Virus record (IMG/VR): IMGVR_UViG_3300032229_000533
Span: 118,340-182,339 of that record
Length of the DNA: 64,000 nt
Direction: 5' to 3' (one strand)
DNA from: a virus
A program made the translations under genes and the position numbers. The notes beneath the pieces are model-generated. The model saw nothing but the letters and a program-made list of their open reading frames with translations, did no database searches and was not told the DNA's origin. Positions 63,011 to 64,000 of this stretch are shown piece after piece. Each line of letters opens with the position of its first letter. Position 1 is the stretch's first letter.

Positions 63011-64000
63011 AAATTAACCTTTGACCCAATTAAAAAGAATGAAAGAATTGGAAAATCGGGATTTGTACTCATGTTTAGTTTATAGTTCACGTTAACTTTA
63101 AATCTTTTTGAAATTTGATAATCAACACCTGTACCAATAAAAGCACTAAAAGTTCTATCCGAGACACTAACTTTATCAACAGATGAATATATTAAAGGAG
63201 TTGAAATAACATATAGTTCAGGTGAAAGAATCAACTTTTTTCCGACTTTAAATGGTTTTGTATAAAATGCGGTTGCGGATGGACTCATGAATAAATTTAC
63301 ATCATCTGGAGTTTTTGTTACCGCACCACTAACATTAATACCTGTAATACCGAATTTACCAGCATTTAAAATTGCACTATAACCTAAAAATCCTAATATA
63401 TTCCCATAAGAATACACGCCAGTTAAATTAACATTATGTATTAATTTTAACTTATGATTTTTACTGTAATGTATTTTAGTATATCTACCTGTTAAAGCAA
63501 ATTGTCTAAAGTTAAACCAAATCATTGAGTTAACTCCCCAACTGGAGGTACCCGTCATAGACGATTGTGACATTCCAACGTTTATAATCCCTGTGTAACT
63601 TCTGTCCAAATTTTGGGCATTTGTTAAATCTGAAGATATGATTACAGGGTTATTTCTTCCACCACCTTTCCCACCATTTTTACCGCCTTTACCACTACCA
63701 GAACTTTCAGTTCCTCTATCATTCTTAGCATCAGTTGTCATTGTAGTAGTACCTGCTACCTCCCCACCTTCAGTTTTTGTTGTATTGTCTCCACTACCTT
63801 GACCACCTGTTTGACCACCTGTTCCTCCTGTAGTACTTCCTCCTGTTGTGTTTCCACCACTTGTACTTCCTCCTGTAGTACTTCCTCCTGTTGTGTTTCC
63901 ACCACTTGTACTTCCTCCTGTTGTGTTTCCACCACTTGTACTTCCTCCTGTTGTGTTTCCACCACTTGTACTTCCTCCTGTTGTGTTTCCACCACTTGTA
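63007..64000 (-). CDS. Protein with G/T-rich repeat linker and C-terminal beta-barrel-like domain, 5' end outside window
   Basis: The frame of the track ORF 63007-63741 stays open to the window end through TSGGNTTGGS repeats. Confidence 0.7.
   Translation of the reverse strand, partial: TSGGNTTGGSTSGGNTTGGSTSGGNTTGGSTSGGNTTGGSTTGGSTSGGNTTGGSTTGGTGGQTGGQGSGDNTTKTEGGEVAGTTTMTTDAKNDRGTESSGSGKGGKNGGKGGGRNNPVIISSDLTNAQNLDRSYTGIINVGMSQSSMTGTSSWGVNSMIWFNFRQFALTGRYTKIHYSKNHKLKLIHNVNLTGVYSYGNILGFLGYSAILNAGKFGITGINVSGAVTKTPDDVNLFMSPSATAFYTKPFKVGKKLILSPELYVISTPLIYSSVDKVSVSDRTFSAFIGTGVDYQISKRFKVNVNYKLNMSTNPDFPILSFFLIGSKVNL
63821..64000 (-). repeat. 30-bp coding tandem repeat
   Basis: cttcctcctgttgtgtttccaccacttgta: four perfect copies at 63881-64000, one at 63836-63865, plus two 15-bp half units. 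Confidence 0.95.

Noticed and set aside
63756-63995. VVETQQEEV repeat ORF
   Set aside because: A shadow frame of the same repeat; the other frame is continuous with the 63007 gene.
63821-64000. 30-bp direct repeats as a CRISPR array
   Set aside because: The units are contiguous with no spacers, are a multiple of 3 and keep an open frame encoding TSGGNTTGGS. No cas genes are in the window.
1-64000. Alternative genetic code (TAG or TGA recoding), as in some huge phages
   Set aside because: Genes are full-length in code 11. mgsA and the HNH genes end cleanly at TAG, several genes end at TGA with ATGA coupling, and there is no CUA-anticodon tRNA.
1-64000. Bacterial chromosome or prophage origin, rRNA, integrase or IS elements
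   Set aside because: No rRNA, ribosomal protein operons, transposase or integrase were seen. T4-like portal and terminase, tRNA arrays and many small hypothetical genes fit a lytic jumbo phage.

Overview
64 kb of an AT-rich, densely coding jumbo/huge dsDNA phage genome with T4-like packaging genes, in genetic code 11. The host is very probably Bacteroidota, judged by many TAnnTTTG promoter boxes, an rrn-type TCTTTGACAT boxA and lipoproteins with Bacteroidota glycosylation sequons. Left end: partial portal, large terminase and conserved acidic hypothetical genes. Then a ClpC lacking its N-domain, paired with a divergent double-UVR protein, peptidases and a tmRNA with an unusual tag. The centre (21.3-32.3 kb) holds 25 minus-strand tRNA genes covering all 20 amino acids, interleaved with two HNH genes, two tRNA-like shells and several GC-rich structured non-coding elements. 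The right half has mgsA, a carbamoyltransferase, clpP, probable virion proteins, 2OG-Fe(II) oxygenases, RNA-repair genes (kinase, phosphoesterase, Rnl1), thyA, ppk2 and two secreted adhesin/OMP-like genes. Main finding: each of the two main tRNA arrays is preceded by a short unannotated leader ORF, an antiterminator overlapping the leader's end, an intrinsic terminator and a boxA. The core of each leader is built only from, and contains all of, the amino acids whose tRNAs lie in the array downstream of it. This looks like a translation-coupled attenuator that turns on phage tRNAs when those same tRNAs become limiting. All calls come from manual reading; no database searches or folding programs were run.
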